This document shows, piece after piece, positions 28,784 through 39,604 of a stretch of DNA of 64,000 bases. Positions within the stretch are counted from its first letter, which is position 1; each line of letters starts with the position of its first letter. The position numbers and the translations under genes were made by a program. Origin of the DNA: an uncultured Candidatus Saccharibacteria bacterium (GTDB taxonomy: Bacteria; Patescibacteriota; Minisyncoccia; Phycocordibacterales; DAORIS01); contig CAZXUH010000001.1 of assembly GCA_964644035.1 (NCBI GenBank), positions 461,720 through 525,719 of the forward strand, in the 5' to 3' direction. Below the pieces are notes generated by a model, which was not told the origin of the DNA, ran no database searches, and worked only from the letters and a program-made list of their open reading frames with translations.

Positions 28784-28856
28784 AGCCGTTGCCCGGAATC
28801 GAACCGGGGACCTTTTCCTTACCATGGAAATGCTCTACCGACTGAGCTACAACGGC
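28784..28856 (-). tRNA. tRNA-Thr (anticodon GGT)
   Basis: Reverse-complement GCCGTTGTAGCTCAGTCGGTAGAGCATTTCCATGGTAAGGAAA...CAACGGCT forms a perfect cloverleaf. Confidence 0.85.
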
Positions 28857-28951
28857 ATATACCGATCAAACTCATCCGAGATCGGATGAGTGACGTAAAT
28901 GTAGCTTATTTAAAGCTTTTTTTCAATTATTCGAGCTTATCTTAGGCCTTT

Positions 28952-29626
28952 TTAGGCATTGAGAAGACAAGCACTGAGAAATGCTGTTTGAGTCCACCCG
29001 CATTTGCCTGTTGCCTGACGTTCACACGTTGCTGTTTGATAGCACGCATATTCTGCTTTATACTCGCAACTTGAAGCGACATCTGGTTCATCAGAACATA
29101 TTTGAGCGCTGCAACCACCAACATAGCACTTACCTGTCGCCACAGGAGTCACACCTCCAGGATTGTGAGGTTCTATAGTAAATGTAAATCGATAATCGCT
29201 ATCTGTAATATCTCTGGTAGATACTGGATATGGTTCTACTTCTTTGAGAGTAATCTTGAGAGTTTCAGTGGTGACTGACTTACCTACTTCGAGTGTATTG
29301 GTCGATGTGCCCATTGCTGTATATATATTGAGAGACATTCTTACACGACCAGCTTGTATACACTGTACATCCGAAGGACAGCGACTATCTTCTATCACAG
29401 CACGCGGTTCAAAAACCGTTCCAGAAACAGTTTTCTTTTCGTTAAGTTTCATAACAACCGTGGTTGTAGCCTGAAGAGGAATATCATCTATATCAGGAGT
29501 CGATTCTGTCGATGTCACTACTTCGCCAGTATCGACTGGAGCAGCATCTTCACTGTAGGTAAAATACACACCTGCCAATATCGCCACCAATACCAACATG
29601 ATTACTAAAAAATGTATGGGTCTCAT
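28952..29626 (-). CDS. Secreted protein with C-terminal Cys-rich module
   Basis: Signal/anchor MRPIHFLVIMLVLVAILAGV. Roughly ten Cys in the last 70 aa (CYVGGCSAQICSDE...CEYKAEYACYQTATCERQATGKCGW). Confidence 0.45.
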   Translation of the reverse strand: MRPIHFLVIMLVLVAILAGVYFTYSEDAAPVDTGEVVTSTESTPDIDDIPLQATTTVVMKLNEKKTVSGTVFEPRAVIEDSRCPSDVQCIQAGRVRMSLNIYTAMGTSTNTLEVGKSVTTETLKITLKEVEPYPVSTRDITDSDYRFTFTIEPHNPGGVTPVATGKCYVGGCSAQICSDEPDVASSCEYKAEYACYQTATCERQATGKCGWTQTAFLSACLLNA

Positions 29627-29702
29627 AATATAAGTATAACGTTACTATAATGACTAAGACGCATGAATAGGCACTTTATGACGCTAGATCTCTCAACTAC
29701 CC

Positions 29703-30395
29703 TTATTTCACCTTCTGTTTGAAGTATTCCTTGAGCTTCTCTTCCCCGAGAGGTTTGTCACCTTTTTCTATTACCAGACTCTCCTTTATTTCTCTCCAGT
29801 GATTTCGATTGTATTTCCAGTTGATAAGAAAGACGACAAACATAGCAATGATTGCCCCGAGTCCTGCTACCAACATATCTTTCTGTGCATCCCATATATC
29901 TCCCTGACTTCCGAGGAATGCCAGACCGGCAGATGGGTCAACACGTAGTGCCGTAAGCCATTCAACGATTTCGTAGATTGCTGACATAGCGAAGGCAATA
30001 TCGATTGGCATAAAGTATGACCAAATTCCCTTTGCTTTTGAAATTCGTATAAATACTTCACGTACGGGATATGCCAAGAGAAATCCGAAACTAAAATGCA
30101 CTAAGCGATCGTACATATTTCTATCAGCACCAAGCCAATCTTTGAGCGTGTTGCCAAAAGGCACCTCGGCATAAGTGTAGTGAGAACCAATAACATGCAG
30201 AATCATAAAAATCGTCACCAAGGTATACGAAACGTTTGAGAGTTTGAAGTATCTACCTGTAATCAATATTAGAGGTACAAAAATAAATACGAGATAGTTT
30301 TCTAGTAGCCAACCATCTCTATACAGAGGATTGATCGCCGCCCAAATCCACACTAGTAGAAATGCCACAATAAGCCCCTTTTTATATGTGATCAT
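29703..30395 (-). CDS. DUF2238 (YjdF-like) membrane protein
   Basis: 230 aa polytopic protein with the YjdF-family pattern (NPLYRDGWLLENYLVF...HFSFGFLLAYP). Confidence 0.55.
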   Translation of the reverse strand: MITYKKGLIVAFLLVWIWAAINPLYRDGWLLENYLVFIFVPLILITGRYFKLSNVSYTLVTIFMILHVIGSHYTYAEVPFGNTLKDWLGADRNMYDRLVHFSFGFLLAYPVREVFIRISKAKGIWSYFMPIDIAFAMSAIYEIVEWLTALRVDPSAGLAFLGSQGDIWDAQKDMLVAGLGAIIAMFVVFLINWKYNRNHWREIKESLVIEKGDKPLGEEKLKEYFKQKVK

Positions 30396-30449
30396 AATAA
30401 GTTTAGTATAACAAAACCGTGTCAGAGCATGACACGGTTTGAAGTAAAT

Positions 30450-30740
30450 TCAAATGGTACAAGGTATTGTTAGGCTATGGAGAAATTCTTTCGCTCCCAC
30501 TTCCCTAGCCATCTCAAAAGCAAATCTGTACGTCCTGCCACATTTGCAACACTTTGGTGTATCGAAAAGAAATTTTCCGTGAAAAGTGCCAATGACTTTC
30601 TTCACCACCACCCCATCACAATCTTTTTCTCGACATAATCCTCCCGGTAAAGGAGTCTCTTGTTCTGCTGAAGCAGCTATTTTAGCTTCGATTTCGCGCC
30701 ACATCTTCTTAGAAATCCGTATTGCCTTTTTACGAGCCAT
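30450..30740 (-). CDS. Small Cys-containing protein (possible zinc-ribbon), hypothetical
   Basis: AAGGAG SD 8 nt upstream of the ATG at 30740. The ORF-track extension to 30908 is an artifact that reads through tRNA-Asp. Confidence 0.45.
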   Translation of the reverse strand: MARKKAIRISKKMWREIEAKIAASAEQETPLPGGLCREKDCDGVVVKKVIGTFHGKFLFDTPKCCKCGRTYRFAFEMAREVGAKEFLHSLTIPCTI

Positions 30741-30796
30741 ACCTATCTCCTTTTGGTAAACGTCTACCGAGAATATAGCACAAAATCTCTTTGTTG

Positions 30797-30871
30797 CGCG
30801 GCCGACCGGACTTGAACCGGCAACCTCTCGCGTGACAGGCGAGTGCTCTAACCAAGTTGAGCTACGACCGC
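30797..30871 (-). tRNA. tRNA-Asp (anticodon GTC)
   Basis: Reverse-complement GCGGTCGTAGCTCAACTTGGTTAGAGCACTCGCCTGTCACGCGAG...CGGCCGCG forms a canonical cloverleaf. Confidence 0.85.
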
Positions 30872-31018
30872 AAATTATCGATGTGTAACTGAGAAATGAC
30901 TCTGTCACAGTCGAAGTGCTTAAAATCTAACAGATTTAATGCTTTTCCACAATAGGAAAAGGGGGTCGCGATTGCAACCCCCTTCATTGAACCATTCCCC
31001 TACAAACAGGCGGGATAC

Positions 31019-31312
31019 CTAGGAAGCGATTGAAAAGGCTTCCTCCAGTGTGGCAATTGCCATCTTTGCGCCATCGGTATCCATCTTGGGAACCGGTGAA
31101 CGAAATCTTCTGCACCGTTGACCCCGCGGTGCCGGCTGAATGCTTGACTCGAAAGTCTGCTGCTCGTAGACCTCCCGAGTGACATTTTGCCCAAACGATG
31201 TGAATCCGTTGGCATTGAGTATAGCATCGCCAACAAGCGCGCATGCTTTCTCGTTACCTGCCGGACGATCTCCGATGTGGCGTTCGCCACATACTATATT
31301 TGGTGACGACAT
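31019..31312 (-). CDS. Hypothetical small protein on a GC-rich island
   Basis: 97 aa. GGGAGGACGACT SD directly before the ATG at 31312. Terminator hairpin GGGGGTCGCGATTGCAACCCCC downstream. GC well above the flanks. Confidence 0.4.
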   Translation of the reverse strand: MSSPNIVCGERHIGDRPAGNEKACALVGDAILNANGFTSFGQNVTREVYEQQTFESSIQPAPRGQRCRRFRSPVPKMDTDGAKMAIATLEEAFSIAS

Positions 31313-31482
31313 AGTCGTCCTCCCGAAAAAACAGAAATGAGGGATGAAGAATACCGGCATCCATGGAGGTATTTACCTCAAATCCCTGCCCAAATATCAT
31401 CCTACTCCCATGAATAATCATGTCAAGATGATGTTTCAACCATTTTGCCTTTTGTATCTAAGCCCTGTATGCTCTCCAATAT

Positions 31483-32784
31483 ATGCGGACAAATATAGTG
31501 GCCGAGGGTGCAGACGAACTAACATATGAAATACGAGGTATTGTAGCTGTTGCTCATCACCTCAAGAAACTTGGCGTCGACATTTTTTGGGAAAATATTG
31601 GTGATCCAGTAGCTAAAGGCCATGTGTTGCCTGAATGGATAAAAAATACCATTGTTTCCAAAATATCTTCAGATCCTACTGTCTTCGGCTACTCCCCGAC
31701 TCAAGGCGTGCTTGAGGCAAGAGAATTTATATCTCAAAAAAGAAATAAAGAAAGTAATGTAAACATCACGACCGAAGACATTCTTTTCTTCAATGGTCTT
31801 GGCGATGCTATTTCCAAAATCTACACTCATCTCAATACCAACGTACGAGTCATTGGCCCTGATCCAGCCTACCCTACTCACTCTTCGGCTGAAGCTTCGC
31901 ATGCTGATTCTCCTCATCCGACGTACAAACTCGATCCTAAAAACAATTGGCTGCCAGATATCAATGATCTTGAGAATAAAATCAAATTCAATCCTGCCAT
32001 TGGCGGCATTCTCATTATCAATCCAGACAATCCGACCGGCATGGTCTATCCAAAAGAAGTGTTGATAAAAATAGTAGCTTTGGCAAAAAAGTACGATCTG
32101 TTTATCATTTCAGACGAAATCTATGCCAATATCTATTATCACGCTTCGCATATCACTCTCCTTTCCGATGTTATTGGCGACGTGCCAGCGATAGCGATGA
32201 AAGGTATATCAAAAGAAATACCATGGCCGGGAGCGCGATGCGGCTGGGTAGAATTTTACAATCGTTCCAAAGACAAAGTATTTGAACGATATGCAAAAAG
32301 TCTCGTCGATGCAAAAATGCTCGAGGTCTGCTCGACTACCCTACCTCAAAAAGTATTGCCTGAAATTCTTGGCGACAAGAAATATCCAGCATATCTCAAA
32401 GAAAAAAGTCTTTTTTACAAAAAGCGTGCCGATGCTGCCTACACTATTCTTTCAAAAAACTCAGGAATAGTAGTGGTAAAACCAAAAGGCGCTTTTTATA
32501 TGTCGGTAGTATTTAAAGATAATAAACTTACTGAAAAACAAACTTTAAAGATAGAAAATAAGAAAGTAAAAGAATATATAGAGTCTATTACCAAGGATAT
32601 TCCTGCTGACAAACGCTTTGTCTACTATCTTTTAGGTGCTACAGGCATATGCGTTGTTCCCCTTTCTGGTTTCAACTCCTCGCTTCAAGGATTTAGGATC
32701 ACCTTGCTCGAAACTGACGACAAAAAATTCAATCAGGTCTTCAAAACACTCGATGAAGCTATAAAAAAATATCTGGCTTCTTAA
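31483..32784 (+). CDS. Class I/II PLP-dependent aminotransferase (AlaA/aspartate aminotransferase-like)
   Basis: ELTYEIRG N-terminus similar to AlaA-type enzymes. SDEIYANIYY motif near the PLP-lysine region. Length 433 aa. Confidence 0.75.
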   Translation: MRTNIVAEGADELTYEIRGIVAVAHHLKKLGVDIFWENIGDPVAKGHVLPEWIKNTIVSKISSDPTVFGYSPTQGVLEAREFISQKRNKESNVNITTEDILFFNGLGDAISKIYTHLNTNVRVIGPDPAYPTHSSAEASHADSPHPTYKLDPKNNWLPDINDLENKIKFNPAIGGILIINPDNPTGMVYPKEVLIKIVALAKKYDLFIISDEIYANIYYHASHITLLSDVIGDVPAIAMKGISKEIPWPGARCGWVEFYNRSKDKVFERYAKSLVDAKMLEVCSTTLPQKVLPEILGDKKYPAYLKEKSLFYKKRADAAYTILSKNSGIVVVKPKGAFYMSVVFKDNKLTEKQTLKIENKKVKEYIESITKDIPADKRFVYYLLGATGICVVPLSGFNSSLQGFRITLLETDDKKFNQVFKTLDEAIKKYLAS

Positions 32785-32829
32785 ACAACTATTTGCACAA
32801 GGGCAGTTTTTACTATAGTATTGCTTGCA

Positions 32830-32904
32830 AGCGGGGTGGAGCAGCAGTAGCTCGCCAGGCTCATAACCTGGAGGTCGTAGGTGCAATTCCTGCCCCCGCT
32901 ACCA
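32830..32904 (+). tRNA. tRNA-Met, initiator-like (anticodon CAT), CCA encoded
   Basis: AGCGGGGTGGAGCAGC...GGCTCATAACCTGG...CCCCCGCTACCA closely resembles bacterial tRNA-fMet. Position 1:72 is an A:U pair. Confidence 0.8.
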
Positions 32905-32984
32905 ATTTTATTCTTTTTTCTTCTTTAGACTCCGTTTGAGAGTTTGTCTTTATCGCTTTTTTTTGTTTAAATACCACCACACAT

Positions 32985-33057
32985 GTCAGGGTAGCTCAGT
33001 CGGTAGAGCACAGGACTCATAAGCCTGGGGTCGTGGGTTCGATCCCCACCCCTGACA
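32985..33057 (+). tRNA. tRNA with CAT anticodon (elongator Met or Ile2)
   Basis: GTCAGGGTAGCTCAGTCGGTAGAGCACAGGACTCATAAGCCTGG...CCCTGACA forms a cloverleaf with one mismatch at 31:39. Confidence 0.75.
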
Positions 33058-33196
33058 CATTAAACTTTAGTCTCCTATTTTCCTTGGGGATCGAAAGCCG
33101 GAAGATAAGCTCCGGGGGAGCTTATCTGAGGCGGGGTCGCGACTTTTGCGAAGCAAAAAGTTGTGACCGATCCTCAACCTCACACTATCTTAGAAA

Positions 33197-33907
33197 CTAT
33201 ATAAACTCGTATTCCTTAAATACGTTTTCGTAGAGACCAATTACACGTCGCGCTTCTCTTGGAGTGAGCACAAAATTTTCTCCTTCATGCGCAATCGCAT
33301 TGCGTATCTTGTGGGCCTCCCACGCATCATTGAGCGTATCCATATCACCCTGCTCTACCTTTTTGAGTTTCTCCCCTATCGTTTCACCACGATATCCATT
33401 TACATCAAGTATTTCATCGAGAATAATATCGGCTTCAAGTATTGCCAGCTTCCAATCAGACGGATTCTCAGACTGAGCATAGAGGACAATACGTCTCCAG
33501 CGCTTCTTGCCGGGATCTTCTTCGACATGAGCAATACCCGGAGTCGAAAGTTCTTTATACTCTTCATCATTACCCTGACTAACCTTTCTAAAGAGCCAGA
33601 TAATAGCACCGATGAAAAATGCCGCAATAAGATAGAGAAAATATTTCAACAGTAAAAAGCAGATATAGAGGGTATGAAAGAACGGCGACGTCTCAGACAT
33701 GCGTCGCAAATTGCGAAGTGAAGGATCAGCATAGAAACGACGAAGCAAACTATCCTGATCGAGACGATGGACGAAAAAGTAATCTATGCCGTATTTGATA
33801 CCAAGGATTGCTCGGTAACAAAGATAGATAGCAACAAGAATAACAAGAATCTCTTCGAGGAGTACCCACACATCCTTGTCCGGACTTTTTTCTTTTTCTT
33901 CTGCCAT
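33197..33907 (-). CDS. Membrane-anchored protein with C-terminal DUF4145/HEPN-like domain
   Basis: Two N-terminal TM helices. C-terminal ...WEAHKIRNAIAHEGENF matches the Rx4-6H HEPN motif and the DUF4145 consensus (IRNxxAHG). Confidence 0.5.
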   Translation of the reverse strand: MAEEKEKSPDKDVWVLLEEILVILVAIYLCYRAILGIKYGIDYFFVHRLDQDSLLRRFYADPSLRNLRRMSETSPFFHTLYICFLLLKYFLYLIAAFFIGAIIWLFRKVSQGNDEEYKELSTPGIAHVEEDPGKKRWRRIVLYAQSENPSDWKLAILEADIILDEILDVNGYRGETIGEKLKKVEQGDMDTLNDAWEAHKIRNAIAHEGENFVLTPREARRVIGLYENVFKEYEFI

Positions 33908-33919
33908 ATGTATAGTGTC

Positions 33920-35341
33920 CTATGAATTCAGGACTTTTTCAAATTTCTTTCCCACTTCAAACAGAATATCTTCCCTAAAATGCGCTGACATAAACTGTAT
34001 ACCAACAGGCAATTGTTTACCTTCCCTCTCTACGCTACCACTAGGGACCGACATGCCAGGTACTCGTACAAGATTGGCCGAGACGGTAAAGATATCGGCA
34101 AGATACATTGCGAGTGGATCGCTACTTTTCTCCCCTATTTTGAAAGCTGGCATAGGCGAAGTCGGAGTCGCAATTGCATCTACTTCCGCAAAAGCTTTTA
34201 GGAAATCGCTTGTCATGAGTTTCTGCACACTCTGAGCTTTGTTGTAATACGCATCATAATATCCTGATGACAAGACATAGGTACCGAGCATAATTCTACG
34301 TCTCACTTCTTTGCCAAATCCTGCTGCACGAGTAACAAAGTAATCATCGATGACGTTTTCTCCATCTACATGCAAACCATATTTAATACCATCAAAACGA
34401 GACAGGTTCGATGACGCTTCTGCAGGCATGAGCACGTAGTAGACAGCTAGTGCATATTGAAGATTTGGAAGAGAAACATCTTTGATCGTATAGCCAGCTT
34501 TTTCTAATAGTTTGAGGGAGTCTTCAAAATTCTTAAGGACGTCAGTATCTACACCGTTTTTGAGCATTGAAAATGGCACACCAATAACACCTGTTTTCTT
34601 TGTAGAAATATCTTTTGCTTCGAGCGTAGTTGCATCCATTGGATCAGCACCCCTCAGAGCATTGAAAATGATCTCTGCGTCATCGACAGATTTTGTAATC
34701 GGACCTATTTGATCGAGTGACGATGCCATAGCCATAAGACCATATCGAGACACACTACCGTAAGTAGGCTTAAGCCCTACCAAGCCAGTAAAACTCGCTG
34801 GCTGTCGTATAGATCCGCCCGTATCAGAACCAAGTGCTGCTAGCGCTCCATGCATAGCAACAGCTGCCGCTGAGCCACCAGATGATCCTCCAGGAACAAG
34901 TTCTTCATCGACAGGATTGCGAGTAATACCATACGCCGAAGATTCTGTGGATCCTCCCATGGCAAATTCATCCATGTTTGCTCGGCCGATAAAAATAGGA
35001 TTTTCTTTTTTGATTTTCTCTATTACTGTCGCATCGTAGGGAGCAACATAGCCTTCAAGGATTTTTGAAGCAGCTGAAGCCTTCTTTCCTTTTATTAAAA
35101 TATTGTCTTTGATAGCCAAAGGAATGCCGGTGAGAAGCGTAGCTGAGCCGTCATTGATTCTCTTCTGTGCTACTTCGATCTGTTCATCGAGATCATCGTA
35201 TATTTCGAGATAGGCATTGAACTTTTTATTACGCGCATCAATATTTTTCGTATATGCATGCACTAAGTCCTTTACTGAGAACTTTTTTTGCACAAGTGCT
35301 TCATGCGTCTGCCTGATATTGAGTTTCTCTACATCGATCAT
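33920..35341 (-). CDS. gatA: Glutamyl-tRNA(Gln) amidotransferase subunit A
   Basis: Amidase signature GGSSGGSAAAVA. Length 473 aa. Immediately downstream of gatC. Confidence 0.9.
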   Translation of the reverse strand: MIDVEKLNIRQTHEALVQKKFSVKDLVHAYTKNIDARNKKFNAYLEIYDDLDEQIEVAQKRINDGSATLLTGIPLAIKDNILIKGKKASAASKILEGYVAPYDATVIEKIKKENPIFIGRANMDEFAMGGSTESSAYGITRNPVDEELVPGGSSGGSAAAVAMHGALAALGSDTGGSIRQPASFTGLVGLKPTYGSVSRYGLMAMASSLDQIGPITKSVDDAEIIFNALRGADPMDATTLEAKDISTKKTGVIGVPFSMLKNGVDTDVLKNFEDSLKLLEKAGYTIKDVSLPNLQYALAVYYVLMPAEASSNLSRFDGIKYGLHVDGENVIDDYFVTRAAGFGKEVRRRIMLGTYVLSSGYYDAYYNKAQSVQKLMTSDFLKAFAEVDAIATPTSPMPAFKIGEKSSDPLAMYLADIFTVSANLVRVPGMSVPSGSVEREGKQLPVGIQFMSAHFREDILFEVGKKFEKVLNS

Positions 35342-35342
35342 A

Positions 35343-35627
35343 TTAGAAGATATTTTTTACCTTTACATAATTGCCTTCTCTATCTGGAGCAGCCTTCAAT
35401 AGTGCTTCTGTATACGTACCACCTTCTGTGACCTCTATATCATTCCGAAACGTATTGTGAGATCGTGGTACGGAAACTGCCACTTCACCTTCAGCAGATA
35501 CTTTTTGTATTTGTGCAACATAGCCCAAAATACCGTCGATTTCCTTTTGAAAAGAGGCTATTTCACCTTCTGAGAGTTTGATACGCGAGAGTTCGGCTAG
35601 TTTTTCTATATCTTTCCTTTCAATCAT
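35343..35627 (-). CDS. gatC: Glutamyl-tRNA(Gln) amidotransferase subunit C
   Basis: 94 aa. KLSRIKLSEGEIASFQKEIDGILGYV is typical of GatC. Positioned 5' of gatA. Confidence 0.85.
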   Translation of the reverse strand: MIERKDIEKLAELSRIKLSEGEIASFQKEIDGILGYVAQIQKVSAEGEVAVSVPRSHNTFRNDIEVTEGGTYTEALLKAAPDREGNYVKVKNIF

Positions 35628-35663
35628 AGTAGCGTCATATTAGCATTTATTGGCTTTTTTGGT

Positions 35664-37679
<2,016 letters not shown>

Positions 37680-37687
37680 CTACAGGA

Positions 37688-39028
37688 TTACAGACATAGA
37701 GGGAAATTGTCCAAATCTTCAAATGTTTCTACTTCAAAAAAGTACCCTGGGGCTTCTGTGTCGGGATCGGTATTGTCGTATTTACCAGCTACACCTCTAT
37801 TGAGGAAGTCGCTGCAGTTTGCATATCCATCGCATAGCAATCCTCCAGTTCCAATACCAATAGTGTATACAGTAATACCCTGAGCTTTAGCATCATTGGC
37901 TTCTATGATTGCATCTTGAATAGCATCAGCTCTTCCTTCATCACCCGTGCGATATGTACCAGTCGTGCAATCATCTCCATTTGCATATTCACCATCCTTA
38001 CACAATTCATCTCGGTTTGAACCGTCGCTCAAAATAAGCATGAAGTCTGGATATGAAAGATCGTCGCGATCGTGTACTGGAACATCGGCACCTGTGGCTG
38101 TGAGATTGTAAGAACCGATATTGCCTGCTACCTGACCAGTAAGTTCATATCGTGCTACTCGAATACCTCCAGAAAGGTTGGTACCTCCATTTACATATCC
38201 AAGCTCATCGACGTGATTTTTAAGATCTTCTGAAGAGTCCTTTAGGTGGTCTTTAAGATAAATATGATCTTTGAACCAAATCATACCAATGTTGGTTCCT
38301 GGTGGTGACGGGTTGAGTTCGTCGATGAATCGTTTTGCTGAGGCTTTGAGCAAATCAAGCTCGCTAGGTGGAACTGATTCTTCATTTGGATCTTCTTCAC
38401 CACTGATACTTCCTGAAATATCCATCACAAGCATTGTATCGCCTCTGTTGCTGCAAAGATCTCGCGGAACTGGAGTGTACGTAAGCTTTACTGCTCTTTC
38501 GAGGCGACGAGGACCTGTGGTGTCTGTATTGCGACCGTACGAATCGATAGATGTTTCATTGGTCTCGACATTTTTTTCTACATATACATCACCATCGGGA
38601 GTACCAGGTGTATCTTCGAGAAGACTAAAAGAAACTTTGTATTTTTTGCATTCACCGACACTGTCTTGGCATGGAATACAATCGCCAGAAATATTCTCGC
38701 ATGCAGTTTTATCAGGTTCAGTCGATGTAACGTCTGTGACTGGTATTGCTTCATTGCCAAAACAGCTAATAGTTGCCTTGCCTGCACCGGGCAAGAAAGC
38801 ATTTCTATCGGTAGTAACCTGATCCCAGTATTTTACACACTCAAGACCAGAGTCGGCTGCATAAAATGCCACCTGTGATTCCCTTCCGACAGACGAAATA
38901 ATGAGGTGTTTTGAACTAAGACCAATGATAGAAAATGCCACTGCAAGCAAAAGACTCATCAGAAGGACACCGAAAAGAAGAGTGAATCCTTTATTTGAAT
39001 CTTTTTTCATATCTAAAAAGTATATCAT
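37688..39028 (-). CDS. Pilin-like protein with vWA (MIDAS) domain; putative pilus-tip adhesin (PilY1/TadG-like)
   Basis: N-terminus KGFTLLFGVLLMSLLLAVAF looks like a pseudopilin. MIDAS motif DISGSIS. First gene 5' of the minor-pilin set. Start could be 39028 or 39010; the track starts at a TTG at 39040. Confidence 0.6.
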   Translation of the reverse strand: MIYFLDMKKDSNKGFTLLFGVLLMSLLLAVAFSIIGLSSKHLIISSVGRESQVAFYAADSGLECVKYWDQVTTDRNAFLPGAGKATISCFGNEAIPVTDVTSTEPDKTACENISGDCIPCQDSVGECKKYKVSFSLLEDTPGTPDGDVYVEKNVETNETSIDSYGRNTDTTGPRRLERAVKLTYTPVPRDLCSNRGDTMLVMDISGSISGEEDPNEESVPPSELDLLKASAKRFIDELNPSPPGTNIGMIWFKDHIYLKDHLKDSSEDLKNHVDELGYVNGGTNLSGGIRVARYELTGQVAGNIGSYNLTATGADVPVHDRDDLSYPDFMLILSDGSNRDELCKDGEYANGDDCTTGTYRTGDEGRADAIQDAIIEANDAKAQGITVYTIGIGTGGLLCDGYANCSDFLNRGVAGKYDNTDPDTEAPGYFFEVETFEDLDNFPLCL

Positions 39029-39603
39029 CTTACTTCCCAATCAAAGAGCACTTCTCTAACGGTAAATGTCTTACCTCCAAAAGGTCCTGACGACCACGTA
39101 ACAGTTGCCACGACCTCGGCTTCAGTATCACTAACCAGTTTTATATTGATATGACGAGAATAGTTGGAGTTTGTACCCGTAACATGGTTGTAGCCGTTGG
39201 CACTATCGAGTTTTAGAGTGCAACTAGATCCTGAGCATGGAGTAATACCGACCGCAGAAATATCAGTCACTACGTCGACACTGCAATTTCTTGGTGTATT
39301 GTCCCCGACAGGCTGAATACATTCTACAGGTATGTTCAGGCACCCATCACTCTCATCGCCCCCAGTGAGCCATGGGCAGGTTGTCGTGGCAATATAGTTG
39401 GTATCGCGAATACTTCTGACTTGTTCGATCGCCTCTTCAGCCAAATAAAAGGCGCTGATCTGGTCTCGAGCATAAAACGACGACTGCAAACCCATTTGAG
39501 CAGCACTGAGCGTTGCTCCTATAGCGACTGTAATAATAAAGATCGCCACCAGTGTCTCGATGATTGTAAATCCTTTGGTATTTTTTGTTGAAAATAGTTT
39601 CAT
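39025..39603 (-). CDS. Type IV minor pilin / pseudopilin (prepilin N-terminal methylation domain)
   Basis: KGFTIIETLVAIFIITVAIG is a prepilin cleavage motif (G|FTxxE). Confidence 0.75.
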   Translation of the reverse strand: MKLFSTKNTKGFTIIETLVAIFIITVAIGATLSAAQMGLQSSFYARDQISAFYLAEEAIEQVRSIRDTNYIATTTCPWLTGGDESDGCLNIPVECIQPVGDNTPRNCSVDVVTDISAVGITPCSGSSCTLKLDSANGYNHVTGTNSNYSRHINIKLVSDTEAEVVATVTWSSGPFGGKTFTVREVLFDWEVR

Positions 39604-39604
39604 A

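Noticed and set aside
30741-30908. N-terminal 56 codons of ORF 30450..30908
   Set aside because: This stretch is simply the tRNA-Asp gene read in one frame (..VAGSSPVGRATK..). The real CDS starts at the SD-preceded ATG at 30740.
30984-31360. Three overlapping minus-strand ORFs on the GC-rich patch
   Set aside because: Only the frame starting at 31312 has an SD and a downstream terminator. The others are frame shadows typical of GC-rich DNA.
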